Origin: Bacteroidales bacterium
Lineage (GTDB): Bacteria > Bacteroidota > Bacteroidia > Bacteroidales > WRLA01
Length of the DNA stretch: 64,000 nt
Assembly: GCA_031254805.1 (NCBI GenBank)
Contig: JAIRTP010000049.1
Span: forward strand, 23,361-87,360
Direction of reading: 5' to 3'
The notes beneath the pieces were generated by a model. That model ran no database searches. It was given only the letters and a program-made list of their open reading frames with translations, and had not been told where the DNA came from. Shown here piece after piece: positions 46,978 to 56,816 of this stretch (its first letter is position 1; each line of letters starts with the position of its first letter). Position numbers and translations under genes: made by a program.

Positions 46978-48666
46978 ATGAAAAAAATAGCTTATTTATC
47001 ATTATTCTATTTATGCGCTGTTTCTATCTCAGCACAAAACAGAGAATTTGATTCTATTTTACATCATATAGATGAGAATAGTTTTTTTCAATTTCAAAAA
47101 TCCAAGGAATGGATTGATGAATTATATCAAATTGCCTATAGTAGTTCGGATAGTCTAAGCTTGTTAGCTATTTGTATCGCAAAAGAAGCTAAATTGAATT
47201 CCGAACATTCCATTATAGATACTCTATTAAAAGAGCAGATTCATAATTTATTATTGAAATTAGATGATCATTTATATAAAACAGAAAGAAATCTTCTTAA
47301 CTATTCTCTTGGATTATATAATTATGGAATCGGTAATTATGGAGAAGCCTTTATTGAATTGTTACAGACGTTGAAACAATTTAAAGAATTGAAAGACACC
47401 GTTTATATCTTTCATTCTATGGGATTATTAGGAAGTATTTGCAATGAGATTAATCAGCCTCATTTGAGTAATGAATATTTCACAAATCAATTGATTTTTG
47501 TCGAAGAAAATAGTTTGGAATATTTTCGTGTACAGCAAAATAGATATATTTTATTGGCTCAAGAAGAAAAATATGATCAATTTATTGATTCTCTGCATGT
47601 TTTATTGTTAGAAGCGGAATTGAGGTTAAACGACTATCAACTAATTACTATATGCTTAAATCTATCAAACGCTTATTTGTTAATAGATAGTTTGAAAAAA
47701 GGGTATGATTATCTTCAAAGATCGCGCACATTAATGCAACAAATTGATAATGATAACTTAAAAATAGGCTTAAATGTTTATTTTGGCGATTATTTAAAAA
47801 AGATGGAAAATTATCAAGAGGCTATAGATTATTACAGATCATCTTATCAACAATCAATGCAAGACAATAGAGATTATTTTTTACGCCCTATTTGTTATGG
47901 TTTAGCTTCTTGCTTTGAGGCGTTACATGAAAAGGACAGCGCCATTTATTATTTGGAAAGATATAGATTGGCGATTATTCATGAAGAACAACAAAACAAA
48001 TCTATCAAAGTTCATCAACAGTATATCTCTAATTATTCAAAATTAGTTGAAAATCAATTGATTGTTTCTCAGCAAGCTGTATTGCTGCGAACCAGACAAA
48101 TGACGATTATCATTATTTCATTTGGACTTGTTGTATCATTGTTATTATTGACAATCATATTTATTAATCAGCAAAAACGACGTAAAAAGCTTGAAGCAAA
48201 TGTTCTTTCCGGACGTATGCAGTATCAGCAAGAGATCATCTCGCTTAAGGAACGGCAATTAGCATCTTCTTCATTATCGCTTACCAACAAGAACGACGTA
48301 ATGAAAAGGATATTAACCTTAATAGATCAAAATAGAGATCATGGGAATAATAGCGATGATTTAATAGAAAAAATTGATGAAATTATTCGAAAAGAATTCA
48401 AATTGAAAAAAGAGTGGGAAAATTTCAAAATACATTTCGAAAATGTACATCCGAATTTTTTCAGTAAATTAAAAACAATTGCTCCCAACCTGACCGAAGA
48501 AAATTTGAAAATGTGCGCTTATTTTAGAATAGGATTATCTATCAAAGACGTATCAAACTTATTAGGCGTTATGACGCAATCTGTATTCAATCAACGTAAC
48601 CGTATAAAAAAGAAGTTGAATTTATCGAACGAAGATGATTTAAATGATTTTTTGAAACAGATATGA
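46978..48666 (+). CDS. Transmembrane one-component regulator: extracytoplasmic TPR-like domain, TM segment, coiled coil and LuxR-type HTH
   Basis: It has a signal peptide (MKKIAYLSLFYLCAVSISAQ). About 340 aa of helical-repeat sequence precede the TM segment MTIIIISFGLVVSLLLLTIIFI. The C-terminal segment LTEENLKMCAYFRIGLSIKDVSNLLGVMTQSVFNQRNRIKKKL is a GerE/LuxR-like HTH. Confidence 0.7.
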   Translation: MKKIAYLSLFYLCAVSISAQNREFDSILHHIDENSFFQFQKSKEWIDELYQIAYSSSDSLSLLAICIAKEAKLNSEHSIIDTLLKEQIHNLLLKLDDHLYKTERNLLNYSLGLYNYGIGNYGEAFIELLQTLKQFKELKDTVYIFHSMGLLGSICNEINQPHLSNEYFTNQLIFVEENSLEYFRVQQNRYILLAQEEKYDQFIDSLHVLLLEAELRLNDYQLITICLNLSNAYLLIDSLKKGYDYLQRSRTLMQQIDNDNLKIGLNVYFGDYLKKMENYQEAIDYYRSSYQQSMQDNRDYFLRPICYGLASCFEALHEKDSAIYYLERYRLAIIHEEQQNKSIKVHQQYISNYSKLVENQLIVSQQAVLLRTRQMTIIIISFGLVVSLLLLTIIFINQQKRRKKLEANVLSGRMQYQQEIISLKERQLASSSLSLTNKNDVMKRILTLIDQNRDHGNNSDDLIEKIDEIIRKEFKLKKEWENFKIHFENVHPNFFSKLKTIAPNLTEENLKMCAYFRIGLSIKDVSNLLGVMTQSVFNQRNRIKKKLNLSNEDDLNDFLKQI

Positions 48667-48789
48667 TAGGGAATTTTTGAGTCTTATAAAAAATTACGGC
48701 GACTAATTACTTAGTTGTTTCCTAAAAGGCGATTAAACATTTGTTCATCTAAAATATTTTCAAAAAGGTTGTTTTTATACAGGATTCAG

Positions 48790-48797
48790 TATTTTTG
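48790..48797 (+). promoter_or_regulatory. Bacteroidota -7 promoter box (TATTTTTG)
   Basis: Exact TAnnTTTG match 22 nt upstream of the 48819 ATG. Confidence 0.45.
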
Positions 48798-48818
48798 CCG
48801 TAAACCATTTTTTTAGAG

Positions 48819-50234
48819 ATGAAGGCCTTATTTTTTTTATGTAATGTGTTTTTTATGGCGGTTGAGTCGGCGTTTGCTCAACCGAAAAATCATCATATTG
48901 AGATAGAAATGAGAGGTTGGCAGGATACTACTATTATTCTGTCGTATCATTATGCCGGACGCAATTATGTAAAAGATACGCTTTTCGTTTATAATGAGAT
49001 CGTAACGATTCAAGGAGATTCATCGTTGCATCCGGGCATGTATGCGATCATTGCGGGACAAAATCGGTTGTTAGATTTTTTTGTTGATGAAAATGATCAA
49101 AATTTTAGTTTTAAAACTATTCGAACAGCTATTATTGACAGTTTGATCGTCGAAAATTCAAGAAATAATGAAAATTTTTTTGAGTGGATAAAATTTTTAG
49201 CTGAGAACGGAAAAAAGCGAGACTCATTGGACGAAGTATTGAGTAAGGCTGTTGAGAGTAAAAAAAAGAAAGCGAAAAAGGCGGCGGTTTTGCAGTTGGA
49301 AAATTTGACGAGAACTGTTCAAGAAAAGCGGTTGGAGTTATTTTTTTCGGATCCGGAACTTCTCGTGAGTCGTTTTATGAAAGCGCAAGAAGAGGTCATT
49401 ATACCTTGCAAAAACGATAAAGAAAGCGATCAAAGGCAGGATTATTTATATTTCAAAAGGCATTATTTCGACAATTGGTCATTGAGCGACGATGCGCTGT
49501 TATATACGCCGATATATGAGCAAAAGATGGATTGGTATTTTAAAAATTTAGTTCCGCTTGATCCCGATTCTCTCATTAATGAAGGAAATATCTTAATTGA
49601 AAAAGCAAAGGGAAACGTCGAAACATATCGTTATGTGATTTGGAAAACGACAAATTTTGCGGAATCTTCTCCTATTATGGGGATGGAGAGAGCGTTTGTC
49701 CACTTTATCGACAACTATTATTTTCCCGACACTTCGTTGACGTCGTCTGCTATGCGTTCTAGAATGATAAAAAGAGCTGATGAATTAAGGCGATCGATGG
49801 TCGGCGTAAAAGCTTCCAACTTAGTGATCCAAGATAGCTCTTTTCAATTGCAAGCGTTGTCTAATATCAACGCTGATTTTGTCATAATCTATTTTTTCGA
49901 TCCGGATTGTGGACATTGTAAAACGGAAACCGACAGTCTGCTCTCTTTTTACCGGGATTATAAGGCGCAATACAATTTCGAAATATATGCAGTTTGCAGC
50001 GATACGAGTATGACGAAGATGAAAACATATATTCAAAATTATAATATACCCTGGATTGTCGTAAATGGTCCGAGAACGTTGCATCAAGGATATTGGGAGT
50101 TGTACGACGTCCCTTCCATGCCGACTATCTATTTGATTGACAGAGAAAAAACTATTCTTACTAAACGTCTCGACGCGCATAATACTTTTCAATTTTTGAA
50201 AATATATGCTATGCAAAAGAATAAAGAGAAATAA
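48819..50234 (+). CDS. Thioredoxin-fold protein with a DUF5106-like N-terminal domain
   Basis: 471 aa with a signal peptide. The C-terminal thioredoxin motif reads FVIIYFFDPDCGHCK. Confidence 0.7.
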   Translation: MKALFFLCNVFFMAVESAFAQPKNHHIEIEMRGWQDTTIILSYHYAGRNYVKDTLFVYNEIVTIQGDSSLHPGMYAIIAGQNRLLDFFVDENDQNFSFKTIRTAIIDSLIVENSRNNENFFEWIKFLAENGKKRDSLDEVLSKAVESKKKKAKKAAVLQLENLTRTVQEKRLELFFSDPELLVSRFMKAQEEVIIPCKNDKESDQRQDYLYFKRHYFDNWSLSDDALLYTPIYEQKMDWYFKNLVPLDPDSLINEGNILIEKAKGNVETYRYVIWKTTNFAESSPIMGMERAFVHFIDNYYFPDTSLTSSAMRSRMIKRADELRRSMVGVKASNLVIQDSSFQLQALSNINADFVIIYFFDPDCGHCKTETDSLLSFYRDYKAQYNFEIYAVCSDTSMTKMKTYIQNYNIPWIVVNGPRTLHQGYWELYDVPSMPTIYLIDREKTILTKRLDAHNTFQFLKIYAMQKNKEK

Positions 50235-50307
50235 ATTTTAAATAAGCCGCTATTCGATGCCCATTTTTACCAAAATCATGGAGTTCTTGTTCATGATTTT
50301 AGAATCT
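50145..50307 (+). repeat. Direct repeat copy 1 (163 bp: last 90 nt of the 48819..50234 CDS plus 73 nt downstream)
   Basis: It aligns without gaps to 50447..50609 at a constant offset of 302 nt. There are two mismatches: 50209 C vs 50511 A, and 50231 A vs 50533 G. Confidence 0.9.
50272..50300 (+). terminator. Probable terminator hairpin of the thioredoxin-fold gene (duplicated at 50574..50602)
   Basis: aaaatcatg / catgatttt forms a 9-bp stem with an 11-nt loop, and the stem ends in TTTT. Confidence 0.35.
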
Positions 50308-50446
50308 CCTGACTTTGACAATGCGACACCCAAAATGAATTTTACCTCATTAGAATTAAGTATTTGGAAATAAAAATAAAAAATATGGCGAATAGGCGAT
50401 TCTCAACGTTAAAAAACGCCTTGCGACACCCAAGTGTCAAAGTCAG
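50308..50446. mobile_element. 139-bp MITE-like insert with 13-bp perfect terminal inverted repeats
   Basis: The left TIR is cctgactttgaca (50308..50320) and the right TIR is tgtcaaagtcagg (50435..50447). A subterminal direct repeat tgcgacacccaa occurs at 50322..50333 and 50422..50433. The interior is AT-rich and has no ORF. Confidence 0.55.
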
Positions 50447-50609
50447 GAAAAAACTATTCTTACTAAACGTCTCGACGCGCATAATACTTTTCAATTTTTG
50501 AAAATATATGATATGCAAAAGAATAAAGAGAAGTAAATTTTAAATAAGCCGCTATTCGATGCCCATTTTTACCAAAATCATGGAGTTCTTGTTCATGATT
50601 TTAGAATCT
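50447..50609 (+). repeat. Direct repeat copy 2 (163 bp, contains an orphan copy of the gene's 3' end)
   Basis: See copy 1. It would encode EKTILTKRLDAHNTFQFLKIYDMQKNKEK* in the same frame as the parental gene. Confidence 0.9.
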
Positions 50610-50750
50610 GATTCTTTCGATATGTTTTGATGGTTTCGACGTTCAAGAACACTTTATTGGCAATTTTCTATTCGTTAAATACGTATTAATCAACATTTTA
50701 AATAAAACTCCCATAGATAACCTAATCAGGTAGTTGCAAAATAAAAACGT

Positions 50751-53700
50751 TTATTCTTCCTGTAATAGTTTATTCTTTTTTGCTCTGTCCGTAGAAATAT
50801 AGCTGTACATTGCCGGAACGATGAAAAGCGTCAACAAAGTAGATATCAACATTCCGCCGATAACGGCGACGCCCATAGCAATACGTCCGCTAGCGCCTTC
50901 CGAACTTGCAAAAGCCAACGGAAGCAATCCCAAAATGGTAGAAAAGCTTGTCATCAAAATCGGCCGCAAACGTTGAACAGAAGCTCCTTGTATCGCTTCT
51001 TTTTTACCTAATCCCGCTTCTTGGCGTTGATTAGCAAATTCCACAATTAAAATGCCGTTTTTGGCAACCAATCCGATCAACATGATGATTCCGATTTGGC
51101 TGAAAATGTTCATAGTTATCCCGCTGAAATACATGAACAGTAGCGCTCCTGCAATAGCCAACGGAACAGTTAGCATGATCACAAACGGATCCTTAAAACT
51201 CTCAAATTGAGCGGATAACACAAAAAAGATCAGCAACAAGGCTAAAAGCAGAGCGAACATCAAACTGGAAGAGCTTTCACGAAATTCTTTGGAGTCGCCT
51301 GCTAAAGCAGTCCGAAAAGTATCGTCGAGAACCTCTTTAGCAATACGATCCATTTCGTCCAATCCTTCGCCGATGGTAACGCCCGGCGCCAATCCCGAAG
51401 TAATTGTAGCAGATGTGAAACGATTATAACGATATAATTGCGGGGGAGCGACATCTTCCCGAAGTTCCAATAAATTGTCGAGTTGGATCATATTTCCGAT
51501 AGCGCCTTTTACATAGATAGATTTCAAATCAAGCGGCGTATTACGTTGTTGTCGGTTTATTTCTCCGAGAATTTGATATTGTTTTCCGTTCATGTAGAAA
51601 TATCCCATCCTTTGACCGCTCAAAGCATATTGCAACGTTTGGCCTATATCGTAAGTACTCACGCCCATTAAACTTGCTTTGTCTCGATTTATATCAAGAC
51701 GGATCTCTGGTTTGGTAAATTTCAGATTTACGTCTGCCATTTGGAACATGGAACTTTCATTGACCTTTTGCATGAAGGCGGGCAACGTTTCCTCCAATTT
51801 AGCCAAATTAGGAGCTTGCAAAACATATTGAATCGGCATTCCGCCGCGGCGGCTAAACGTTGATTGCTGTTGAACAAAAGAACGCGCCGCCGTTTGATTT
51901 CGGACAGCGTTGGAAAGCGCGTCTGCAATTTCCATTTGACTGCGTTGACGATCTTGAAGATCAGATAAAATAACCCGTATAAATCCCCACGTTGTTCGCA
52001 CCAGAATAATATTAAATTTGTGTTCGGGGACTAAGGAATCGACCATTTCTGAAATAGCTTCCGTATAATCTCTATAATATTCATATGTAGACCCTTCCGG
52101 AACACGCGTGCTGATAGATATCTGCGAACGATCTTCTAAAGGAGCCATTTCGCTGGGAATATTATTCCAAAACCAAAAAACAGCAATTAAAGTTACTGCA
52201 ATGACAGGAAAAGATATCCATTTGCATCTTAGAAAGGCGGCCAATCCGCGAGAGTAGATATCGTTTAGAAAAATAAAGAAAGGTTCTGTTTTTCGATATA
52301 ACCAATTTTGTTTTTCCCGTTTCTTCAACAATTTTGTCGCCAACATCGGCGTAAAAGTCAACGCTACAAAAGAGGAAATAATCACTGCTCCGGAAATCAC
52401 AATACTAAATTCACGGAATAATCGCCCCGTCATTCCTTGCATGAAAACGATCGGAAAAAATACCGCCACCAATGTGATTGTAGTCGATACTACAGCAAAA
52501 AATATCTCTTTCGAACCGGCGATCCCCGCCGCTCGCGGCGACATTCCGTTCTCTATCTTCAAATAGATATTTTCCGTTACAACGATAGCGTCGTCGACTA
52601 CCAGTCCGACCGAAAGTACGACGGCTAACATGGAAAGCACATTAATTGAAAATTCGGCAAAGTACATGATAAAAAACGAACCGATCAGCGATACCGGAAT
52701 AACAACGACAGGAACTAAAGTTACCCTCCAATCTCTCAGGAAAAGAAAAATGATAAGTATCACCAATATAAAAGCGACATAAACAGTCTCCTGCACTTCT
52801 TTGATGGAAGCGCGAATATATTTGGTATTATCCCAAACAACATCTAAATAGACATCTTCCGGAAGATCCTTTCCCATTTGTTCCAAACGCAGCATAACTT
52901 CGTCAGAGATATTTATCTGATTAGCTCCGGGTTGAGGAATAATTACGACGCTGACCATTGGGACGCCATTTTTCTTCGATACGCTGCGCAAATCTTCGGC
53001 GTCCAATTCGGCCTTTCCAATATCCCGAAAACGGACAATATTGAAATGGTCTTCTTTAATGATAAGATTGTCAAATTCTTCAGGGCTTGTCATTAATCCC
53101 ATTGTACGGATACTCAACTCGATTCTGTCGCCTTCGACGCTTCCCGAAGGAAGTTCTACGTTTTCACGATCAATGGCAGATTTAACGTCCATAGGCGTAA
53201 TACCGTAAGCCGCCATTTTATCAGGATTGAGCCAAAGACGCATGGCATAACGTTTTTCTCCCCAAATTTCTACGGCGCTCACGTCGGAAATCGTTTGCAA
53301 CCGTTCTTTGATGGTTAAATCTGCTATCTCGCTCAATTCTAAAAGGGAACGTTTTTCGCTCTGAACAGTTATTTGCATGATCGGATCGGCGTCGGCGTCG
53401 GCTTTTGAAACGGTAGGAGGATCAGCGTCGCGAGGCAGATAACGTTGTGCGCGTGAAACTTTATCGCGTACGTCGTTGGCTGCTGTTTCCATGTCGATAT
53501 TCAACTCAAATTCAACCGTGATACGAGAGTTCCCTTGCCGGCTCACACTTGACAATGAACGTATTCCCGGAATTCCATTGATATTTTGTTCCAGCGGCTC
53601 CGTGATCTGTTTTTCAATGACGTCGGCATTGGCTCCGGAATAATTAGTCGAAACCGTAATGATCGGCACATCCACGTTAGGATATTCCCGAATGCCCAAA

Positions 53701-53792
53701 TAGGTATATCCGATCGCGCCGAATAATAAAATTATTAAGATAAATACCGTAGAAAGTACCGGACGATTTATGCTTATTTCTGAGATATTCAT
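50751..53792 (-). CDS. RND efflux transporter permease (AcrB/HAE1 family)
   Basis: 1013 aa with 12 TM segments and two large periplasmic loops. The N-terminus is INRPVLSTVFILIILLFG and the TM4 region reads VVDDAIVVTENI. Confidence 0.95.
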   Translation of the reverse strand: MNISEISINRPVLSTVFILIILLFGAIGYTYLGIREYPNVDVPIITVSTNYSGANADVIEKQITEPLEQNINGIPGIRSLSSVSRQGNSRITVEFELNIDMETAANDVRDKVSRAQRYLPRDADPPTVSKADADADPIMQITVQSEKRSLLELSEIADLTIKERLQTISDVSAVEIWGEKRYAMRLWLNPDKMAAYGITPMDVKSAIDRENVELPSGSVEGDRIELSIRTMGLMTSPEEFDNLIIKEDHFNIVRFRDIGKAELDAEDLRSVSKKNGVPMVSVVIIPQPGANQINISDEVMLRLEQMGKDLPEDVYLDVVWDNTKYIRASIKEVQETVYVAFILVILIIFLFLRDWRVTLVPVVVIPVSLIGSFFIMYFAEFSINVLSMLAVVLSVGLVVDDAIVVTENIYLKIENGMSPRAAGIAGSKEIFFAVVSTTITLVAVFFPIVFMQGMTGRLFREFSIVISGAVIISSFVALTFTPMLATKLLKKREKQNWLYRKTEPFFIFLNDIYSRGLAAFLRCKWISFPVIAVTLIAVFWFWNNIPSEMAPLEDRSQISISTRVPEGSTYEYYRDYTEAISEMVDSLVPEHKFNIILVRTTWGFIRVILSDLQDRQRSQMEIADALSNAVRNQTAARSFVQQQSTFSRRGGMPIQYVLQAPNLAKLEETLPAFMQKVNESSMFQMADVNLKFTKPEIRLDINRDKASLMGVSTYDIGQTLQYALSGQRMGYFYMNGKQYQILGEINRQQRNTPLDLKSIYVKGAIGNMIQLDNLLELREDVAPPQLYRYNRFTSATITSGLAPGVTIGEGLDEMDRIAKEVLDDTFRTALAGDSKEFRESSSSLMFALLLALLLIFFVLSAQFESFKDPFVIMLTVPLAIAGALLFMYFSGITMNIFSQIGIIMLIGLVAKNGILIVEFANQRQEAGLGKKEAIQGASVQRLRPILMTSFSTILGLLPLAFASSEGASGRIAMGVAVIGGMLISTLLTLFIVPAMYSYISTDRAKKNKLLQEE

Positions 53793-53794
53793 TC

Positions 53795-54877
53795 TTAATA
53801 CTCTATAAAACGATCAATTACTACGTCCATTCCATCTCTCAATTGCATGACGCCGGTAACCAACAATGTATCGCAGGGTTTAATGCCCCGCAAAACTTGC
53901 AAATGCGACTCCGTCCTTAATCCACGTTCCAATTCCACCTGCCACGCTTTTCCATTTTTGTATAAATAGGCGATAGAACGTCCCATTTCAGCAATAACCG
54001 CTTCGCTTGGCACAGTAACAGCATCTTTTATCTCTTGCATGCGAATTTCGATAAAAGCCGAACGGCCGGGTTGCATTTTTCCGTTGGTATTCGGATATAG
54101 CGCCCGCGCTTTCATCGTTCTGGTTTGCAGATCAACTTGCGGCTCGACGGCATAAACCGACGCGGTATAATCATCCAAATCGCCCTCGACGGTAAAGCTT
54201 AAAAGCGTTCCGGATTTTATGTCGTTGGCGTATCGTTCATTGATTGAAAATTCTAATTTTAAAGGTTTTATCTTTGTTAGACGAGCAATAATCGTCGTTG
54301 GAGAAGCATAAGAGCCTTCGCTGACCAATCTCAATCCGATGACTCCATCAAAAGGCGCCCGTAGTTCCGTTTGCGCTAAATGCGATTTGACTAATTCGAT
54401 ATCAGCGTTTAATTTTTCCAAATCGGTTTTTACCTGTTCGTAAGCTTCCTGACTAACGGCGTCTTTCTCCAATAATGTCTGTTGCCTGAAAACGCGATCT
54501 TGCGCTAAAGGAATTTGAGCTTCTAATTTCTTTAATTCAGCTTGTAGCGGTTTGTCGTTCACTTTTGCCAAAAGCTCGCCTTGTTTTACCTCGGAACCTT
54601 CTTTAAAATAGATATTTGTAATTTTTCCAGACGTTTCAAATGAAAGATCTACTTCTTCATCAGGCATTAAACTTCCGGTTGTGCGGATATTCTCGTACAA
54701 ACTTTCAATAGTAATAATTTGTGCATTTACGTTCAATGATCGGTTTTTTGCAGGTGCAGACGCGACAGGATCTGCGTCTTCGTCGTTTGTTTGCTTTAGT
54801 AAGCGAGGGATAAATATCATACCGCTAATAAACAACGCAAATACGATCAATAGGATTATCCAACTTTTTTTCTTCAT
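53795..54877 (-). CDS. RND efflux periplasmic adaptor (MFP/HlyD_D23 family)
   Basis: 360 aa with a signal anchor and a lipoyl/hairpin region (GELLAKVNDKPLQAELKKLEAQ...ELRAPFDGVIG). It lies 2 nt upstream of the permease gene. Confidence 0.9.
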   Translation of the reverse strand: MKKKSWIILLIVFALFISGMIFIPRLLKQTNDEDADPVASAPAKNRSLNVNAQIITIESLYENIRTTGSLMPDEEVDLSFETSGKITNIYFKEGSEVKQGELLAKVNDKPLQAELKKLEAQIPLAQDRVFRQQTLLEKDAVSQEAYEQVKTDLEKLNADIELVKSHLAQTELRAPFDGVIGLRLVSEGSYASPTTIIARLTKIKPLKLEFSINERYANDIKSGTLLSFTVEGDLDDYTASVYAVEPQVDLQTRTMKARALYPNTNGKMQPGRSAFIEIRMQEIKDAVTVPSEAVIAEMGRSIAYLYKNGKAWQVELERGLRTESHLQVLRGIKPCDTLLVTGVMQLRDGMDVVIDRFIEY

Positions 54878-54919
54878 TCGGTATTATTTTATTTGGTACA
54901 TGGAATTTTATACATACAA

Positions 54920-54927
54920 CAAAAATA
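54920..54927 (-). promoter_or_regulatory. Bacteroidota -7 promoter box (TATTTTTG on the minus strand)
   Basis: The plus strand reads CAAAAATA, 43 nt upstream of the adaptor start. Confidence 0.4.
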
Positions 54928-55226
54928 TTACCCTATTTATTATGCGTTTTTTCGGATTAAATATCAAAAAATAATATACAAAAATCTTGATTATCACAAT
55001 AATAAGAGACTTGCAATGTAAAAAGCATCTATAAACAAAACTTCTCCGGAATATGGCGCACTATCCAACTGAATAATATTCAATTTTCAATAATATTGCA
55101 ATCAAAAATCATACTGAATTTTAATCGATATAGAGATATTTGCGATAGGAGAGAGAAAAGTATTGCTTTTTTTCGGATTTTTGCGCAGATAAATTGACGT
55201 TAAAATTACGGCATAATACTTGGCAA

Positions 55227-55691
55227 ATGGTAAGGCTTGATTTTCCGGAATATAAATTCAGAATACGTCAAACGAAAAGAGGCGTTGAAATATTCGATAT
55301 TATTCGGAAAAAGTTTGTTGCGCTTACGCCGGAAGAATGGGTGCGCCGGCATGTCGTTCATTTTTTGATTTACGACAAAAATGTTCCTGCAGGAAGAATG
55401 AACGTTGAACGTTCTATTCCGGCGCTAAATATGCGACGCCGCGTCGATGTTGTCGTTTTTGATCAATTTGCAAAACCGCTCCTTGTTGTTGAATGTAAAG
55501 CTCCTGAAGTAAAAATTACTCAAGCGGGATTTGATCAGATTGCGCGTTACAATATGACGATGAACGCGCAATTTTTATTTGTGACCAATGGGCTACAGCA
55601 TTTTTTCTGTCAAATAGATTTTCAAAATCAATCATATCAATTTCTTCCAGAGATACTTGGTTATCAGACCATGTGCGCAATGAGGAAATAA
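55227..55691 (+). CDS. Type I restriction enzyme HsdR N-terminal domain-containing protein (stand-alone)
   Basis: Matching segments are FDIIRKKFVALTPEEWVRRH and RRVDVVVFDQFAKPLLVVECKAPEVKITQAGFDQIARYN...FVTNG. These match the small PD-(D/E)xK HsdR_N-type proteins common in Bacteroidota. I preferred the ATG at 55227. Confidence 0.75.
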   Translation: MVRLDFPEYKFRIRQTKRGVEIFDIIRKKFVALTPEEWVRRHVVHFLIYDKNVPAGRMNVERSIPALNMRRRVDVVVFDQFAKPLLVVECKAPEVKITQAGFDQIARYNMTMNAQFLFVTNGLQHFFCQIDFQNQSYQFLPEILGYQTMCAMRK

Positions 55692-55799
55692 GTGGGCTCT
55701 TCGGTTATTCTTTTTTCTCAAACCCTTTTATTTTTAAATAAAATATTTTTTCTTATCGGACAAATTCCGAAGCGCTGTTTTATCTTAGTGGAAAATTCA

Positions 55800-55807
55800 T
55801 ACTTTTG
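55800..55807 (+). promoter_or_regulatory. Bacteroidota -7 promoter box (TACTTTTG)
   Basis: Exact TAnnTTTG match 52 nt upstream of the 55859 ATG. Confidence 0.45.
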
Positions 55808-55858
55808 TTGAAAATTTGACGTTTAACAATTTTTAATTATAAAACCAATAAAGTAAAA

Positions 55859-56632
55859 ATGAAATTATTTGATCTAACCGGCAAGGTTGCCGTTGTAACA
55901 GGCGCATCAAGCGGACTTGGCGCAGATGCGGCAGTAGCTTATGCAGAAGCGGGCGCAGATGTCGCTTTATTAGCAAGAAGAAAAGAGAGATTAGAAGAAG
56001 TCGCTGAAAGAATTAGAAAAACCGGACATAAGGCTATAGCCATAGCGTGCGACGTGGCTGATGAAGAAAATGTAAAGGTCGCTGTTGAAGAGGTTTTCAA
56101 TCATTTTGGAAAAATCGATATTTTATTGAATAACGCCGGTATCGCTATCGGCGGATCCGTAGAAACTTTAGAACAAAAAGATTGGGACAAAATAATGGAT
56201 ATTAACGTAAAAGGCATCTATTTAATGTGTAAATACGTTATTCCTCACATGCGAAAACAAAAATATGGAAGAATTGTAAATGTCTCTTCTATCAACGCCT
56301 TCGTGGCTGATAAATCTCCTCTTTTGGTCAGACACGTTTATAATACCTCGAAAGCCGCCGTTACAGGATTGACGATGGGAATGGCCGCTTCATACGGAGT
56401 GGACGGCATTACGGTTAATTCCATTGCTCCGGGATTATTCGAAAGCGAAATGACTGAAGACACTTTGTTCAAAGCTATAGATTTTCTGAATATGTATAAT
56501 GCGTTGACTCCCGTAGGGAGGCCCGGCGCAAAAGGAGAATTGAACGGAACAATTATCTATTTCTCTTCCGACGCGGCAAGTTATGTTACAGGACAGCATG
56601 TTATTGTAGACGGAGGATTTAGCATTGTGTAA
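55859..56632 (+). CDS. SDR-family oxidoreductase (FabG/gluconate-5-dehydrogenase-like)
   Basis: 257 aa. It has VAVVTGASSGLG, NNAG and YNTSK, and the C-terminus reads YVTGQHVIVDGG. Confidence 0.85.
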   Translation: MKLFDLTGKVAVVTGASSGLGADAAVAYAEAGADVALLARRKERLEEVAERIRKTGHKAIAIACDVADEENVKVAVEEVFNHFGKIDILLNNAGIAIGGSVETLEQKDWDKIMDINVKGIYLMCKYVIPHMRKQKYGRIVNVSSINAFVADKSPLLVRHVYNTSKAAVTGLTMGMAASYGVDGITVNSIAPGLFESEMTEDTLFKAIDFLNMYNALTPVGRPGAKGELNGTIIYFSSDAASYVTGQHVIVDGGFSIV

Positions 56633-56802
56633 TGTCAAAAGCAAATTTTTGATATCAAAAGGCTGACTTTTTGCCACAGATAGAAGGCGCAAAAGTCCAA
56701 CTACAATTTGTAAAAGTTTCAAAGATTATTTTCAAGACGTATAAATAACATGTTTACTTTTAAATATTTAGAAAAAGATATAGTCTCTATATAACTTTTT
56801 TT

Positions 56803-56810
56803 TACCTTTG
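56803..56810 (+). promoter_or_regulatory. Bacteroidota -7 promoter box (TACCTTTG), immediately before the lepA ATG
   Basis: Exact TAnnTTTG match. The G at 56810 is 6 nt from the ATG at 56817. Confidence 0.4.
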
Positions 56811-56816
56811 CGCTTG

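Noticed and set aside
50751-54877. The RND adaptor and permease have no adjacent TolC-like outer-membrane factor gene.
   Set aside because: The outer-membrane factor is often encoded elsewhere or shared. Absence from this window is not evidence of novelty or loss.
55227-55691. The HsdR_N-domain gene could indicate a type I restriction-modification or defence locus.
   Set aside because: No HsdM, HsdS or helicase genes are nearby. These small stand-alone HsdR_N proteins are widespread orphan genes in Bacteroidota.
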